The translations under genes were made by a program, and so were the position numbers. DNA of 63,852 nt, counting the filler, from Bigelowiella natans CCMP2755 (Eukaryota; Protista; Cercozoa): NCBI GenBank assembly GCA_000320545.1. It is 4 parts of 4 records of this genome, joined end to end, with 100 filler letters (N's around TTAATTAATTAA, not from the genome) between each part and the next. Parts side by side here need not be neighbours in the genome. Positions count along the whole stretch, not along the records: positions 39,916 to 62,690 come from ADNK01003101.1; 3 more parts are not named here. One strand, 5' to 3'. The stretch's first letter is position 1; every line of letters starts with the position of its first letter. The notes beneath the pieces are model-generated. The model was not told the DNA's origin, did no database searches, and saw only the letters and a program-made list of their open reading frames with translations. Below are positions 41,871 to 56,220 of this stretch, piece after piece.

Positions 41871-42632
41871 ATGGGAGCAGGAAGCGTACCAAAGTTGAAC
41901 TCAACGCATTCGAACGTTAACGAAGACAAGAAGAAAGCTGCACACACCACAAACCTCGGAGATTCCTCCGCGGCGCCCATGATTGCTGGAAAGAAAGGCT
42001 CTGGTGGTGGTCAAACTCAGAATCAACATCTCGCCAAGTGTCCGTTCTTGGCTTCCGAGGGCAAAAAATGGCCGAAGCCCAAGATTCGAAAAAGGGTGCC
42101 GCTGTCAACGATGAGGGGAACACATGTGATCTCCAAGGTGCTCTACATATTTCCTACCGTAATGGTCGAAGCACCCCGAAATTGTTTTTTACACAGGGCA
42201 CGAAGGATCTCCTCAAAGATATTGGGGGGGGGGACAGGATCAGGAGCATGTGTACAAGGTTTGGGAACTTGAGTCTCCAAACATTTTGAACCCTTTGTTC
42301 AATGGTTTTTGTGCAGGTTTTACGCCAAGGCTTTCAAGGACAGCGTCTTGTCCAAATTCATGTTCGAAACTGACGATGCGAAGGCTCATGGAAAACGCCT
42401 CGGGGATTGGATCGTTGAAAAGATGGGGGGTATTATCTAGTTTTTCCCCATCTCAGAGTAGAATTTCTGTTGGGAACTATAGACAGTTGAGGCTAGAGGT
42501 TAAATCGTGTTCTTCGCATCAGGAGAGGGGAAGCCTTGGACTGAATCTGGCCGGTATGGATTAAGGTACCTACATAGTGGTACTATATTCGATTCACGAG
42601 TGTGAGCAAGTGCTCAGCATATGTTTCTCCAA

Positions 42633-42676
<44 letters not shown>

Positions 42677-43405
42677 CCAGCTTGATTTTCGAGTTGACAA
42701 TCGAACCTAGGCAGGAATCGCACTACAATGCATGGTGGTCAAACAAGAGAGAGCCAGAAAAACTGGGCCAAAGGTAATAGTAAAACATACAGTCACCCCG
42801 CGTGTAAGTAGAAAGCATTCTGATCTGTTGAAACTGCAACGGTTTCGCAAAAGTATGTGCGACAGAATCAAATTATCACTTCAACCTCTTTTTTGGCAAG
42901 GTTCAAACTTGATGATTGTCGTATCTGGATGAGGCTCATGTTTTGGGCAGCCCGAGAGGAGGTGCTCACGATGGCTAACACTCTTTGTGAATTAGTTGCA
43001 ATGCCTATGCACTTGCGAGCGACCGAGTGAGTGTTGAAACAACGAATGTCTTTTCAGGGGCTCGCAGAACACAAGCCTTTTTGGAGTTGGTACTGCGACT
43101 TTATCCGCCATTTTATACGTGTTTACGAACGAACAGCTCCTCCATACACACAAGAATCAGCCGACTGGTCCTGCAAGGAGGTAATATTTTCAAGTCTGGT
43201 ACATGCTACTTCGTGCACGAAAAGCCTCCCTCCCTACGATAAATATTGATGCTACTACCGTGAGCCAAATACTGCTGTGTGTTAATTGGGATTGTTTGAA
43301 AAATAGGGTAACTTAAAAGAATATGTAGCTGGCGGCCGAGATATGAAGGAAGTGATCGGATTTCACGTTAAGAAAAAGGAAGATCCGTTCCAATTTTTCA
43401 CATAG
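41871..43405 (+). CDS. Truncated-hemoglobin-like (2/2 globin fold) protein with N-myristoylation motif, multi-exon
   Basis: Starts MGAGSV. Spliced product LLKDIGGGDRIRSMCTRFYAKAFKDSVLSKFM...HGKRLGDWIVEKMGGEGKPW...SHYNAW...FKLDDCRIWMRLMFWAAREE shows the GG, FY, GG and W.M features of truncated globins. Stop TAG at 43403-43405. Confidence 0.7.
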
Positions 43406-44605
43406 TAGCCACGCAATTTCCACGATGAGCTTTGCGTCAATGCATGGTAGCAATAGACGTTATTTATCTAATATACAAGCTATTTATCGTGCTGCTTAAC
43501 CTCTCTTCCATTACTTACCCGCAGCAGAAAAGATAAAGCCTACATATGATATGTGCATCCAATGCGCGCTAATGCCGTTACGTGCATACGCATATAATCA
43601 CGTGCCAGCTTATTATTTATGCTAGCAGTATGGCACATGAGCAACTTGTGATTGACATGCTGGCCTAGCTTCCTGTGCACACTACGACACAAATGAATGA
43701 AAGGATGATGAATAAATACATCACGACAATCGTCAAGAACACCAAAATAATAGACACAGTAACGTGTCTATCATTATATGTATTTCTAAATGATACACAC
43801 ACCGGTTACACGCTATGTGTATGCATAGCACATGCATAACGTCGTAGGAATACTAGAATGCTGTGTCTGCAGCAGCATTGGCGTGGTAGTGGCCATGCAA
43901 CCAACTAGACTTCGGAAGAATGCGATCAGCGCACATATCTAGACATGCAGACATTGGAACTCAATATTCATAGGTTGCAATTTTCAACTTTTAGAACCGA
44001 AGAAATACAGAATAAGTGCCTGATCTCCTTGCTCCAATCCAGCATTATACAAGCTCGTGGCAGCATTGGACTATACCCGGGTGCTCGCAAGTCACATATC
44101 GATTATTAGATTATGGAAGAAGTCATTTCTGAGCTACTCACGCGCCCAAATCTTCTCATCAGCTAGTTACTGGATGGCAGCTATGAATCATGTACGTTAG
44201 CTGAGGTCGAATAGGAAGTGAGCCTATTGCATATATAATTATTTGGTATTGTTACGCTGTGTTTTACTAGATGATTGCGCCTTTTCGAAAAATATTTTTG
44301 ACTCGTATTCTTGATTTTACAGACAAATTAGGGTGATGATTCAGCCCATGATGAGATGAGATGCATAATAACATACGTGCACTTTTTCATATTCGCATTT
44401 GCATGTGTCCTACGCATGATGTAACCAAGCTAAAATAGATTTGTGTTTTGTATGAGCGCGCTGAAGTATTACTGCTTGGCAAAACTTGCGTCATGAAAAT
44501 ATATCCCAATCCTGAGATGTAGAGCGAGAGAAATAGAATGTTTCAGATGTACTTCATTGAATTAGCGATACACTCTTCAGCAGCAATCGGTAATGAAACA
44601 CAAGC

Positions 44606-44636
<31 letters not shown>

Positions 44637-44699
44637 TAGCGAAGTTATGCTGGATGAGTTTTCCTTTGGACGAACCCTGCATGCACAAAGAAACAGCTC

Positions 44700-44957
44700 T
44701 TGTCTCTCAAAACGACAACGCAAAGCGGGGAAAGGAATCACATTTGATAGTGTCCATAACCGCTATGCTGCTGCTCGCAATAGTCCTCGTTTTTGTAGCG
44801 GCAGCATCATGAGCGCTAACCCGATCTTCATGTTTAAAAAAGAGGCTATTGGTCAAGTCGTCTACTACCTTTTACAGGGTCGATGTTGAAGTAAGTGCTC
44901 GCATAGCCTCCCCACCTGTTAAGCATTCGTCATTACTCCGTATACTTGTATAATTTA

Positions 44958-45000
<43 letters not shown>

Positions 45001-45200
45001 GTAAGTACACACAGGGTTCAACGGAAGTTCCAATACATAACCCATTTATCAACCCCCCCCCCCCCCCCCCTATCCTTCTCCCTCTCTGGTATGATTGCAT
45101 TAACACTGCGTATTACCCATATTCCCCTGTCGATGCTTTTGAGCAGCCTGCAGCCTTGCTCGGCTCCGTTAGTACTGTTCCGAGGAGACACCTGTGCACA

Positions 45201-45267
<67 letters not shown>

Positions 45268-45967
45268 CATGTGTTGGCACCGCACCATCTTTAGTTCTTA
45301 AGTGTGTTGGCCGTGTTGTGCAGCATATCGTGCTAGCATATGCGGCGCTGGGCAGGACTCATTTCTCGGGGGAAATCTAAGATATATCATCATCGGCAGC
45401 AAGTTCTACTACCATCCTTTGCCAGTCAAGGCTGGGTAGCCTCCAGGGAAGAGGCTCTCGGCGATCGTGCTGCTGATAGCAAAAAAGACGGCGAGGAGTA
45501 AGTGCGTGCACGAGGAATGAGTGAGAGAGAAGGGGGTGTGCGGGGGATGAAGAAGCGCGAAAGAGAGGGGTGATGGAGATGATGAATATCATCAAGGCGT
45601 CAAGGAAGAAGAAGACTACAAACTGCATCATCGTCCACTACTGACAAACCCCTTCAGAACTATAGAGCACTTCATCAGCTATTACTACAACTACTACTCC
45701 TCCTCCTCCTTCACCTCCTCCTCCTCCTACTACTACTATTACACGATGTACTACACCATCATCATACACTACTAACTAGCACCTTGGCAGCTGGTTTTTC
45801 GTGACCATTTGCTTGACCTGGTAAAGCAATCAATCGATGGCCATTAAGAGGACGATGAGGAAGAGGAGGAAGAGGGAAAAGACAGAGGAGGAAACAGGGG
45901 AGGAAAACCAGAGTGGGGAGGGGGTAGCGACGAAGGTCGGTTTTGACAGAGGCACCATACTAAAGCT

Positions 45968-46004
<37 letters not shown>

Positions 46005-46296
46005 TATCTTAAAAACCGTCTCCGATTTGAGGATTTTCGCCCCATTAAAAGTGCCCTCGTTCAATAGCATTCCCATAAACTTCAGATAGTCTTCCTGGGG
46101 AATGACGATGACGTTTCACACACATCCACACACACACACACACACACGATCTCTCACACGCAATACGCAACTGCGGAATTCACCAGCTTATGGTTTTCTC
46201 TCTCCCCCCCTCTCTCTCCTTATTCGTTCCAGCGTGAGTTTATTGCTATTACTGCAGTCGAAAACAGCCCGCCCCCTCCCGACGCCAAAACCTATC

Positions 46297-46338
<42 letters not shown>

Positions 46339-46677
46339 CAAATGCAACGTTATTAAAAAGAATGTGTGGATAACAGAGCCGCAGCAATTCTAATACCACC
46401 CATTGAGCACATACACAAAAACCCTCTCGCATTCGAACAATGCTGTTTGCTTTTTCATGCCGTACAACATGGCGCATGTCCACGATCGGCAACTAAACAA
46501 CTCTGATGATTGCTGCTACCGGTGCCTTCCCAAGCCCTCGAGTCTCTGTCTCGCCGAACGATGGGTGTCTGCGCCATGCGTCGTTTAAATCAAATCAAGG
46601 GACGGCGCTATTCAGTACAGCCAGATTCAGTGTGTACGTGCTGTATCATTCTACTCTCTCAAATTCATGATATATTT

Positions 46678-46715
<38 letters not shown>

Positions 46716-47970
46716 GTGTGTGTGACCCTTTCACTGGTGAAATGACGTAGCCAATGTTCATCGCATAGGCAGGCCGCACTCTCGAGATCTACGGGGCAAA
46801 AAATGTCCTCATCATCATCATCATCATTATCATCATCGTCGTCATTGTCATCGTCATCATGATCATAATTGGGAATATTCGTCAGATGAAGGATAAAAAG
46901 GAGAGGTAAGTTTTTATTGATCTACTAGCGTCTCCTTCACATGCTCTCTCGTTCTAGTTTCCCTTTCTCTCTTTGGCTCCCCCCCTTTCTCTCACCCCTC
47001 TCTCCTTCTCTACACAATGCCTCTTTTTCATCCTCATCATCTTCTTCTTCTTCTTCTTCTTCTTCTTCTTCTACTACACCTAGCTATGATTTGGCTTTTG
47101 ACGTGCTGCTGCCGCTGCTGCTTCTCATATGATGGTGAAGTACCTTCTCTTTCGGGACCCAAAAATCCGTATCTGATAATAAATCGTATGGGGGGGATTA
47201 GTATGGTGATAATGAAGAGGATAGGGATGATGAAAGATGAAAGATGGTGATGATGATGATGATGATGATGATGACAACGCGGCGTCTACAAACATCTCAT
47301 GGATAAGACGAATAACAAGGGGCAGTTATTGACAGGATATTACACAATTGGTGCATCGAAGAAGATGCTGTCATAATCATCGCCATCGTCACTATCCCCA
47401 CCACCACCACCACCACCAGTACCGTTCATTCCCAAAGGCTGAAACACCATTTCCCGGAGAATATCTGCGAGGTTTTTGCCCAAAATCACTTCGAGGAGGT
47501 ACCCTAAGACGTCGGTGGACATGCTGTACTGATAGTGCTCTCCCGGATGAAACAACAACGGGCAGTCGGCAATGCTATAAATCAAAAGGAAGATGGGAGG
47601 GGGGGGGGGGGGGAGAAGGAGGGCGAGACGAGGAAGGGTAATGTTATGAAAAATACTGCGGAGTACTAAGATTGTGCTTATTGACAGCTGCTGCATACAT
47701 GGATATCAATGACGGGTAAAAACACAAGACGACGCATTGTGCTACTTATGCTACTACTACTACTACTACTAATACTACTGCTACTACTACCGTTTGACCA
47801 GCTCTTCACTTGTGTGGTGAAAAAGCTCATCCAAACTGAGCATACATTGTTAAAGAGGCATGCGTACATTGGAGGAAGGGGGAGGGGAGGGGGAATGCAT
47901 GAAGACATCATCAATGAAAATGGAACTTAACAACTATCTTCGGCTGGCAAAAATCATCGTTGCTCGCATC

Positions 47971-48009
<39 letters not shown>

Positions 48010-49226
48010 AATATGCGGCGTGCGCGCGTGTGAATGAGTGTGTGGACGCCTGTTGCGGGTATATACTGTGATAGAGCTGTATGTTTCACGATGATGCTTT
48101 TGATGATACCTGGCAATTTTTCTCTCACGGTAGCATTTATGCACGTAGCTATCAGCCGGAGGCAAGAACCCATATGAGATCCTAGTGACATGAAGAATGG
48201 TGACAACAAGACAACATCTCACATGGACACAAACATACACACATCCATACGCATTTGAGTGTGTTGTCTGTGCGTGCATGCGTGCGTGTAAATTCGTGTT
48301 TGTGAGGAGGGGAGGAAGGGTGAGGAGGGCTATCTCTACATAATTATTATGATTATAAGTCAGAACGAGAAATCAACCCTGAGGTATGCGTGAGGAGGTG
48401 CCTGACTGTGATCTCCTGTCTCGCTTCCTCAAATTTGCGCTGCTCTCCTTCCCCCCCTTCAACGCACACCTTTGGGTGTTTCTTAAACTCTTTGAGATAT
48501 TTTGATATTGGGGAATCAAGATCCTGATAATATCCAAACATGAAAAATGCGTGTATGTATTTGCGTGTGTGTATTTGCGTGTGTGTGTGTGCTATGAAGA
48601 ACCTCTCACTTACGCACCAGCTCTACTGTAAATTATATGCGCAGTGTAGGCTGAATACTTGGCTTATCACATGCTAGTGGCCATACCAACGTCTTCTCCT
48701 CCACGAGTTTCATTACGCAAACAGACACAATTGCTTTCGTCATCGAGAAGATTCGGTAGATCGCCTTTGGTTGTCATCACCGCACAAAAGAGGTTGATTT
48801 ATAGGTCATTCCCCGAGAGTCAACAACTGTAATAACCCCATAACCACTGCAATAGCTGCTACCTTTTCCCCAAATTTGCCGAACGCCTTTTCATCGTTGT
48901 TTTCCCATCCAACCTGTAATATCACCATGTATGTGTTTCAATATCGTGCTATATACTACTAGTAAGGTGGGCCGAGGTTGTGCGATGAAGAGGTGGCATT
49001 GGTGATCGACGATTATCGATGAACGTGTTAGAACGCACCGAATACTGGTATTTTGGGCTCTTTTTGCCTGAGTAAGCGTACACATATCACGATCTGCCTT
49101 AACCATGTGCACGTCGCCGATTTCTAATGGTTTCAATGTGTTAGCCATGGCACTGCAAGCCTATTCATTGATGAATATTATGTTGGGCGGAATGGACACG
49201 CAGTTTTTGGTCGCGAAAATGTCCAT
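44700..49226 (-). CDS. Beta-lactamase-family (class C-like) serine hydrolase, multi-exon
   Basis: IYRIFSMTK (SxxK), ITVRHLLTHTSG, LLFHPGEHYQYS..DVLG, DYLKFMGMLLNEG and GEYGWGGYASTYFNIDP. 3' end approximate; apparent frameshift at ~46035. Confidence 0.88.
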
Positions 49227-49752
49227 GTTGTCGAAGTCTCCCTCCTACCCTTCTCAATGACGCCTACATATGCGCCGGGGAGCTGTCCGCCTCCGACATA
49301 AGCATTCAAGAGCGAAGAAACCTTCGCATAAAGAAATAAAGATAAACGTCAGGGCAGGGTCAGTTACCAAACTCACACGGAATCATCCTGGCTGTTTCTC
49401 CCACCATCTGCTGGCCTCTCCCTCCCCACCTCTCTCGGTGCTGTCTCGGTCATCTTCTCTGTCGGCTCTTCACGAGGTAAAAATTCTGGTCTAATGACGA
49501 CAACGATTTGTTCCTGTCGTCCATCGAAAATCCCATGGTATTTAGATAAAAAATGTCCTTTTTGATTCTGTCTGGAGTTCTGGTTTTTAGTAACAATTTC
49601 ATTGTCGCAGCAGAAAATCGGATTGTGTTTCACGTCGTTTTTCCAGTGCTTTATGATTTCGAATTTTTTGAAAATTTGAACGCCAAAACCCTTGCCCCCT
49701 CCGGTGAGTTGAGTTGCTGGAGGAAGAGTGTGAGAGCCAAGGGAAAAGCGAC

Positions 49753-49878
49753 ATGCGTGAAAGAACGGCGCATATCCTGAGTGCGGTGTTTTGGGGAGGT
49801 GCCGTCGTCTGCGAAGCTATCAAGATACGCCATGAGGTACTGTTTGGCTGATAGTGCAAGGGGTCATTTCGACGTATA

Positions 49879-49926
<48 letters not shown>

Positions 49927-51703
49927 GGAAACATGACTTATGCTGTTAGTGATTTAAAAAAAAACAATATCATCGTATTTATATCAGCAACAAGTACAAA
50001 TCCTTTGCATACGGTGACTAAAATCTGCATTCTGCGTGCTGAGTACATGTTGTGCGCATCATAGCAACATCTCGGACCTTTGACCGTCGAGCTTCTAGAT
50101 AACCCCTCTCCAAAGCTCCATTCCATCAAGTTTTCGCCTGATCCCGATTGGGTAGTAGTTGTTTACTTTTTGAATGTCAGTAAAGCTCTTAGAATTTAGA
50201 GTTTTAAACTGCTCTGTCTCTATATATGCATGCGGTTTGGGATGACTTATGAAGAAAATTCCCTGTTACTGTACCGTATAATCGATCATAAAAAAGTATG
50301 AATGATGATTAATAAATGACCTCTAATATGTAAGTGAGACTGCCTTAGGGTTCTCTTAGGGTTCTCTTCATATTTTGCGACAACAACGCTTGTTTAGAGT
50401 AAATCAAAATAAAGTCTTTGCTTATAGCTAACATTGTTTTTTCTCTCCTCCTCCTCGTGTCGGTTTTTTTGGTGCACATCCGTTTTTCAGAATACGTGTG
50501 CCATGCATGTCTTCAGTATGTTTCTCCTCAAGCTGCTCTGCGGTATCGACGACCTAGCTGTGGTGGGGCCTGCTGAAAATTACGTGGAAAACAGAAGAGA
50601 GGATGAAGAGGCAGATTCATCAATTTATATTTGTCTGTGTTTTGTGTGGTGAACATCCACTTCAGCTGACGTCACTCGTGGGAACCAAATCTCGTCGTCA
50701 AAACAACATCAACTGTGCTTTGTACCTCAGCTTCCTCTCATTCATTGGTCGTTAATAACATGTTATCCCAGTGCATGTTACCATCGGCAAGCATCGTCAC
50801 TTTCAACCCCTCCTCCCACTCCTGCCACTAAGACTCATCGATATTTGGCTATTTTCTCGTATACCACAGGCATGGCATCTTGGATCGTCGCACAACTCAC
50901 GTACTCCTTGATGAACGATGTGCTAGACGATGGGTATGGTGGACTCGTGAAGATAGGAAGAGTAGGTCTTTCTTAGAGGGCTACCACTCTAACGAATAAT
51001 GTATATTTTGCAAGGTTCTGGAACGTGGAGAAAGTCTCTGCGATGCTATGCGGAAGTAGTAGTTTTTCTTCTTCTCCTCACGTTGCATGCCTCTGCTCAC
51101 CCACACGCGTACGCAAAAATGGTGATGATTTAGAATTTGTCACTCTGGTCATATATATGTGTAGAGTAATTAAAATTTGAGAAATGCTCCTCTCTCTCTC
51201 TATCTCTCTCTCTCTCTCTCTCTCTGACACACAAACACACACACACACACACAAAAGAGCACATGCGCACTCGCACATATATTTTACCATGAATCAATCA
51301 TATTAGGATTCGATAAATAGTCAAAAAATACGTCGTTCTCTTAACGAAGTGCTATGCCGCACATATTGCAGGCATTCTGATCATGCTTGGAATCAAGGAG
51401 TATTTTGACGACGACGAAGACGATGAAGATGAGACCGTGGGAATCGAATATGAAAGCGTTGCTGATATCCTTGAGGATAAGGCCGACAGCAGCCTTGGTC
51501 ATTTTATCGTCCAAATACTCAAATTACCATGCGCTTTTCTTCCAACGACGTTCTATCCCTTCTTTTAGCCCTTTTTTTTAAGAAGTTTTATCAATCATCA
51601 TTTTTGTACACTTTTTGCTCTTCACTGGCTTTAATTTCGTCGATTTTGTGTAGCGGTTTGATCTAGACTCCCCCCCCAAACCTCACTTCTCGTAGTAAAG
51701 TTT

Positions 51704-51746
<43 letters not shown>

Positions 51747-52027
51747 GATAGAGAGAGAGAGAGGGAGAAATAGAGCATCTATCATCTAAATATCGGAATG
51801 TGCCAAAACTTTGCCCTCGCTACCAGGAAAACGTCGTTTGGTCATCACGAAAAAGCCAGGAGGCACCAATTGTGATGAAAATAATGCTGATAAAACAAGG
51901 TGCGCAACGAAAATCAAAGGATTTGTATGTTTCTTGATACCAAAACAAAACAACATAGAGAGAGATGAAATAGAGAATGGAGAGACGGGGGGGGGGAGGG
52001 AGCTTATCCTCCCCTTCCATTTCCTGT

Positions 52028-52067
<40 letters not shown>

Positions 52068-52531
52068 AGAGATATCAACTCTAGTGCAACATTTCGGAGT
52101 TAGTAATAATGTCGACAAAACGTCGCCTAAATGCTACATGCGTTCAACTTTGCCCTTCGGCTACTCTTCGCTCCTTCTTCCTCCCCCCCCCAGACTAAAA
52201 AATGATGAGGACGACGAGGAAGCAGGATGCAATGAGGAAGACGACGACAAGGATAAGAATGTCCTCGCACTTGGCCCCAGCCCAAGTTCATTAAGAAGTG
52301 ATGTTGCTACTGAAGGAGTAGCGCCTCCTCCGGTATCGACGAGGACGTCGAGGAGAAATGGTGGGTTGTCACAGGCTGCCGGAGCAGCTTCTGATTATAT
52401 TTCGCAATTATTAGCAGAGGGATAGGAGGAGGAGGAGAGAATGCATGATGAAGGCGATGATCAACGGAGATGCAAGATCTAGCTTCTTTGTACGAGTTGG
52501 ACAATGATGATGATAATGATACGTATTTACA

Positions 52532-52573
<42 letters not shown>

Positions 52574-53564
52574 TTGTTTATTATGTATAATATTAAGTGT
52601 GTGTGTGTGTATGTGTGAGAGTGTGTCTGATAAACTACTGGTTCCAGGAGATTTTCGGTATCTGTGGGTGATTTTGATGCTTGCTGTCGACGATTCCGTC
52701 GTCTTCGCCTGCATGATCCAAGGGTAACGAACGATAGCGACAGCCGCAACACTAATTAAAAAAAAAAAAAAAACAAGGATGGTTCTGAAGGGGAAAACAA
52801 CGTACGACGTCTTCCTAAATCAGAGCTCTTGTAGTACGAATTCCTTTGAGAATTTCTCGCATGACAATGACAATGCACTCAAAAGTATGAACGACGCCCA
52901 ATTAGATTCTACTGCCACTTGGCCACGATATCCCCCAAAACTCTTATCTTATTTTCTTTTCACTGTGTTGTTCGTTGAATTAGGACTGATATCAACCTTG
53001 TTGATGTGCTTCTGGGGATGTTCCTCGGTGATATATCGATAGTATTGCTCACAAAACAGAACTGCCGTCATTTCTGGGGAGGGGGGGTATTTGACAGCGC
53101 TGCTGACCGCATTGATGCTTATCATTACAGGAGCCCTTCTAATCGTACTCATTTGCCGCGCTCTGTCATCAATCTCCGCGCTGAATCGAGTAAGGAAAAG
53201 TCTCACAATGCAATCACGCGGTGTTTGTTCTAACTTCTCCTCCTGCCCCCCCTCCACACTACCAACTGCTACTTAGTGGCTGCAAAAGATCCCCAAATGG
53301 ATGATCATCGTTGCACTTGGTAAACATTACGACGCCGGGCCATGCAACTCCGAGTCAATTGCGACCGTCGTCCTCTCTCATTCTCACTCTCTCTCTCTCC
53401 CTCCCTCTCTCTCTCTCTCTCTCTCCCTCCCTCTCTATCCCTCTCTATCCCTCTCTATCTCCCATCATCATTCCTACCTTCAAAAATAATCGTCATATGA
53501 TACATGCGTCATATTACTAGGTGGCTGGGTTGTATTGACTGGATTTATAAAAATTTCGTTTTGA
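49753..53564 (+). CDS. Membrane protein, possibly CadD/LysE-superfamily transporter, with acidic central loop
   Basis: Two hydrophobic repeats with di-acidic motifs (LLCGIDDLAVV; LMLAVDDSVVFACM), ILIMLGIKEYF, and terminal LQKIPKWMIIVALGGWVVLTGF. The family call is by motif resemblance only. Confidence 0.45.
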
Positions 53565-53607
53565 TTGCAGCTATTGCACCTGCACGAGCTTGCCTCGCTT
53601 TCACAAA

Positions 53608-53640
<33 letters not shown>

Positions 53641-55098
53641 GAGCAGTCGTATTAGTAGTATCGTGTCCGTAATGAGCTCAACAAGAACATTTGAAAAAGA
53701 GAATGAAAACCCATGTATGAGGCGACTGTGAATGCGCATTGGAATAGGAATTTGACATAAGCTCGTACTGCTTCGATGCTAGAGCTAACATACACATTGT
53801 TGAATAATAATGTAAATTATTGCGAAACTGGCTGACACTCAAAGCAAGGACAATATGCACAAGGGTTACAATCTTGTCCTGTCTCTATGCTACTAGCAAG
53901 TGCCAGCTGCTGGCCATGCAACACATGCGCGTGCATGCGCCGCGTGTAATAGCGCCGGTCGATCGAATGATCGACGCGATGTGTCGAAATGAATCCGGCC
54001 TCATGTGCGTGTAGCGCGCGTACGTCTAATGTGCATGATGTACTCTAGTACTACCAATGTGGACAGAGGCGTGTCTACTAGTCTAGACGTGGCCACGACA
54101 GCTTGCGAGCATAGAAGTGTCGTCACAGGCTTGCGGGTGATAATACACACGCTCCTTCTCGCAAACGCACGTATGCAATGTAAAACTTGGTCAACAGTGT
54201 GACCACTTGCATGCTTATCTAGTCATAGTGAGCGCTGGCGCATGTGCGCTTCATATTACATCACCACATTCCGCATTTTAGCAATAGATCAAGTACATAT
54301 AAGAGCGTGTACAAATGCGACTACACTGCGATGATTCACGCTCTTTGTTATTAGATATAACACCAAAATTTAGTTCTTTAGGTTTTCGGCCTCGTCTTTT
54401 AGGTGGAGCTTTAACTACACCTTCTGTTTTAGCGGTTTTTAATGTCACAAACAACATCAATTATAATTGAAAATATGTTACAGTCTAGCGCAGTCTAGCA
54501 GTGTCGCACGTACATGCGTATGCAAGTCCATAGCTATCTAGCTGCGTACGTTATGCCCGTCTAGCTAGCCGTAGCAGACGATATAGCAGCAGCGATGTGC
54601 TAAATGCACGCACCTGGCAGCCTTTTTTTATGCCAGGTAGTCACCTTTATGCCGACTTCTTCTGTGCGTATAGCGCACATCATACACACATGCTAGCATG
54701 GCAGCCACGCTTGTGCGCGATGCGACAGCCGTGCGCACGTGCATGTACGACGCGTTCATAGCTAGATAGGCGCGCACATGTACGTACACTAGTACATGCC
54801 ATGCGCACTCAAGGCGCACATGCCAAAGCACATCCGACTGGCACAGCGCGACTCATGCTGTCATCGCTGTGTACCGCACATATATGTACGTATATGGACG
54901 CTGCATGCACATAGATGCATTTTGTGATTATCAACATTTCATGTAAATCGAGAAGTGAATAACCATATGCTGCACATAGAATATTATGATTGGCGTTTGT
55001 GAAGCGTGAATCGAAATAGAAAAAACCTCTTATTTTCTCTGGAAAAGAGAGGTTTGGCACTACTATCTGGCTGAGATCTGCAGTAGCGATAACCAAGC

Positions 55099-55950
55099 TC
55101 ATTTCTTCCCCTGCTTCACTCTCTTCTTCGGAGTGACAAACTTCATTCCTATTCGTAAAAACATCATCAAATCGGGTGCTACGGATGAGTGCAAATCGAG
55201 GAAGCCATAGCAGCACTAAACGTGTTGTTGTTGTCCGACTACTCATACTACCACCTAGTAGTTGCACGCGCCTCGCCGCTATCTTCTTCGCCGTTTTGCC
55301 ATTTGTCGACGTTCTCTGTCCTCTTGCTGGCAAGCCTTGGGTGTGTCGAATTCCTCGATAACAACGCATTTGAACAAGCCGCATAATATCGGCCTTTTGC
55401 TGGTCCTGGGGGTGGAACATCACGCGTCAGTATGCTCCAGTTGCGACAGAATCGGCGTGTACACAGCAAAGGAACTACAGCTGCTTCTCAGGGCAATGAT
55501 GACTAAGGTTGCTTCTCACCCTCAAATCCGTGTCCACAACATATTCGTTCTCCACGGTCTTCTCAATGGTTTGTAGCGTGGTTGGATGTAAGTCCTTAAT
55601 CTACGTGGCATCGAACAACATATTAGTACATTGTCTTCGTCGTCGGGTTTTTAGAGTCAGAGGCAGATAACCGTGTCAGAAGGAGGGATAAGGGAGGTAG
55701 TTATAGTCTACCTTTGTTGTTGGGTTGATGCCTAAGCGTGAGCAGACGGTTTTTGCAAGATGTCTTCCCAGCCCATACACGCCAGTCAGGGACATGCCGA
55801 TTGACTTCTCATTCTTAAGGACCACCCCTAACAGTTTCCTCTACAATAAAATATATAGCATCAATTTTAGATTTCATGTAGCGTCAAAAACGACCACTCG
55901 CCCCGTCCTGAAATGGTTATCTCTATTGCGAAAGGCATCATCCATCACAC
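55099..55950 (-). CDS. rps13: Nucleus-encoded organellar (probably mitochondrial) ribosomal protein S13
   Basis: [28 protein letters not shown] and [36 protein letters not shown], with spliceosomal introns. Start not resolved. Confidence 0.9.
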
Positions 55951-56220
55951 AAGAAAGATGAATGGTTTTCGGACAGGGAAGCAAAACTTGATTTACACAG
56001 TCGGTTTGGAAACGAAAAAATAGAGAGAATTAATTTTTTTAACTTCCTCGCATCTCATGAGGGAGCAGGTGAGGTGTCATGGGAGGCATGCGAGCTGTCT
56101 ACACGGCATTAAGTACGCTCATCTGGGGTGGGTAATCAATTTTAAGACATATGTTGGCAGCTGCGAAAATAGGAAATACATAATTTGAAGGCATTTTACA
56201 CAAATATTGGATTTTTTATT

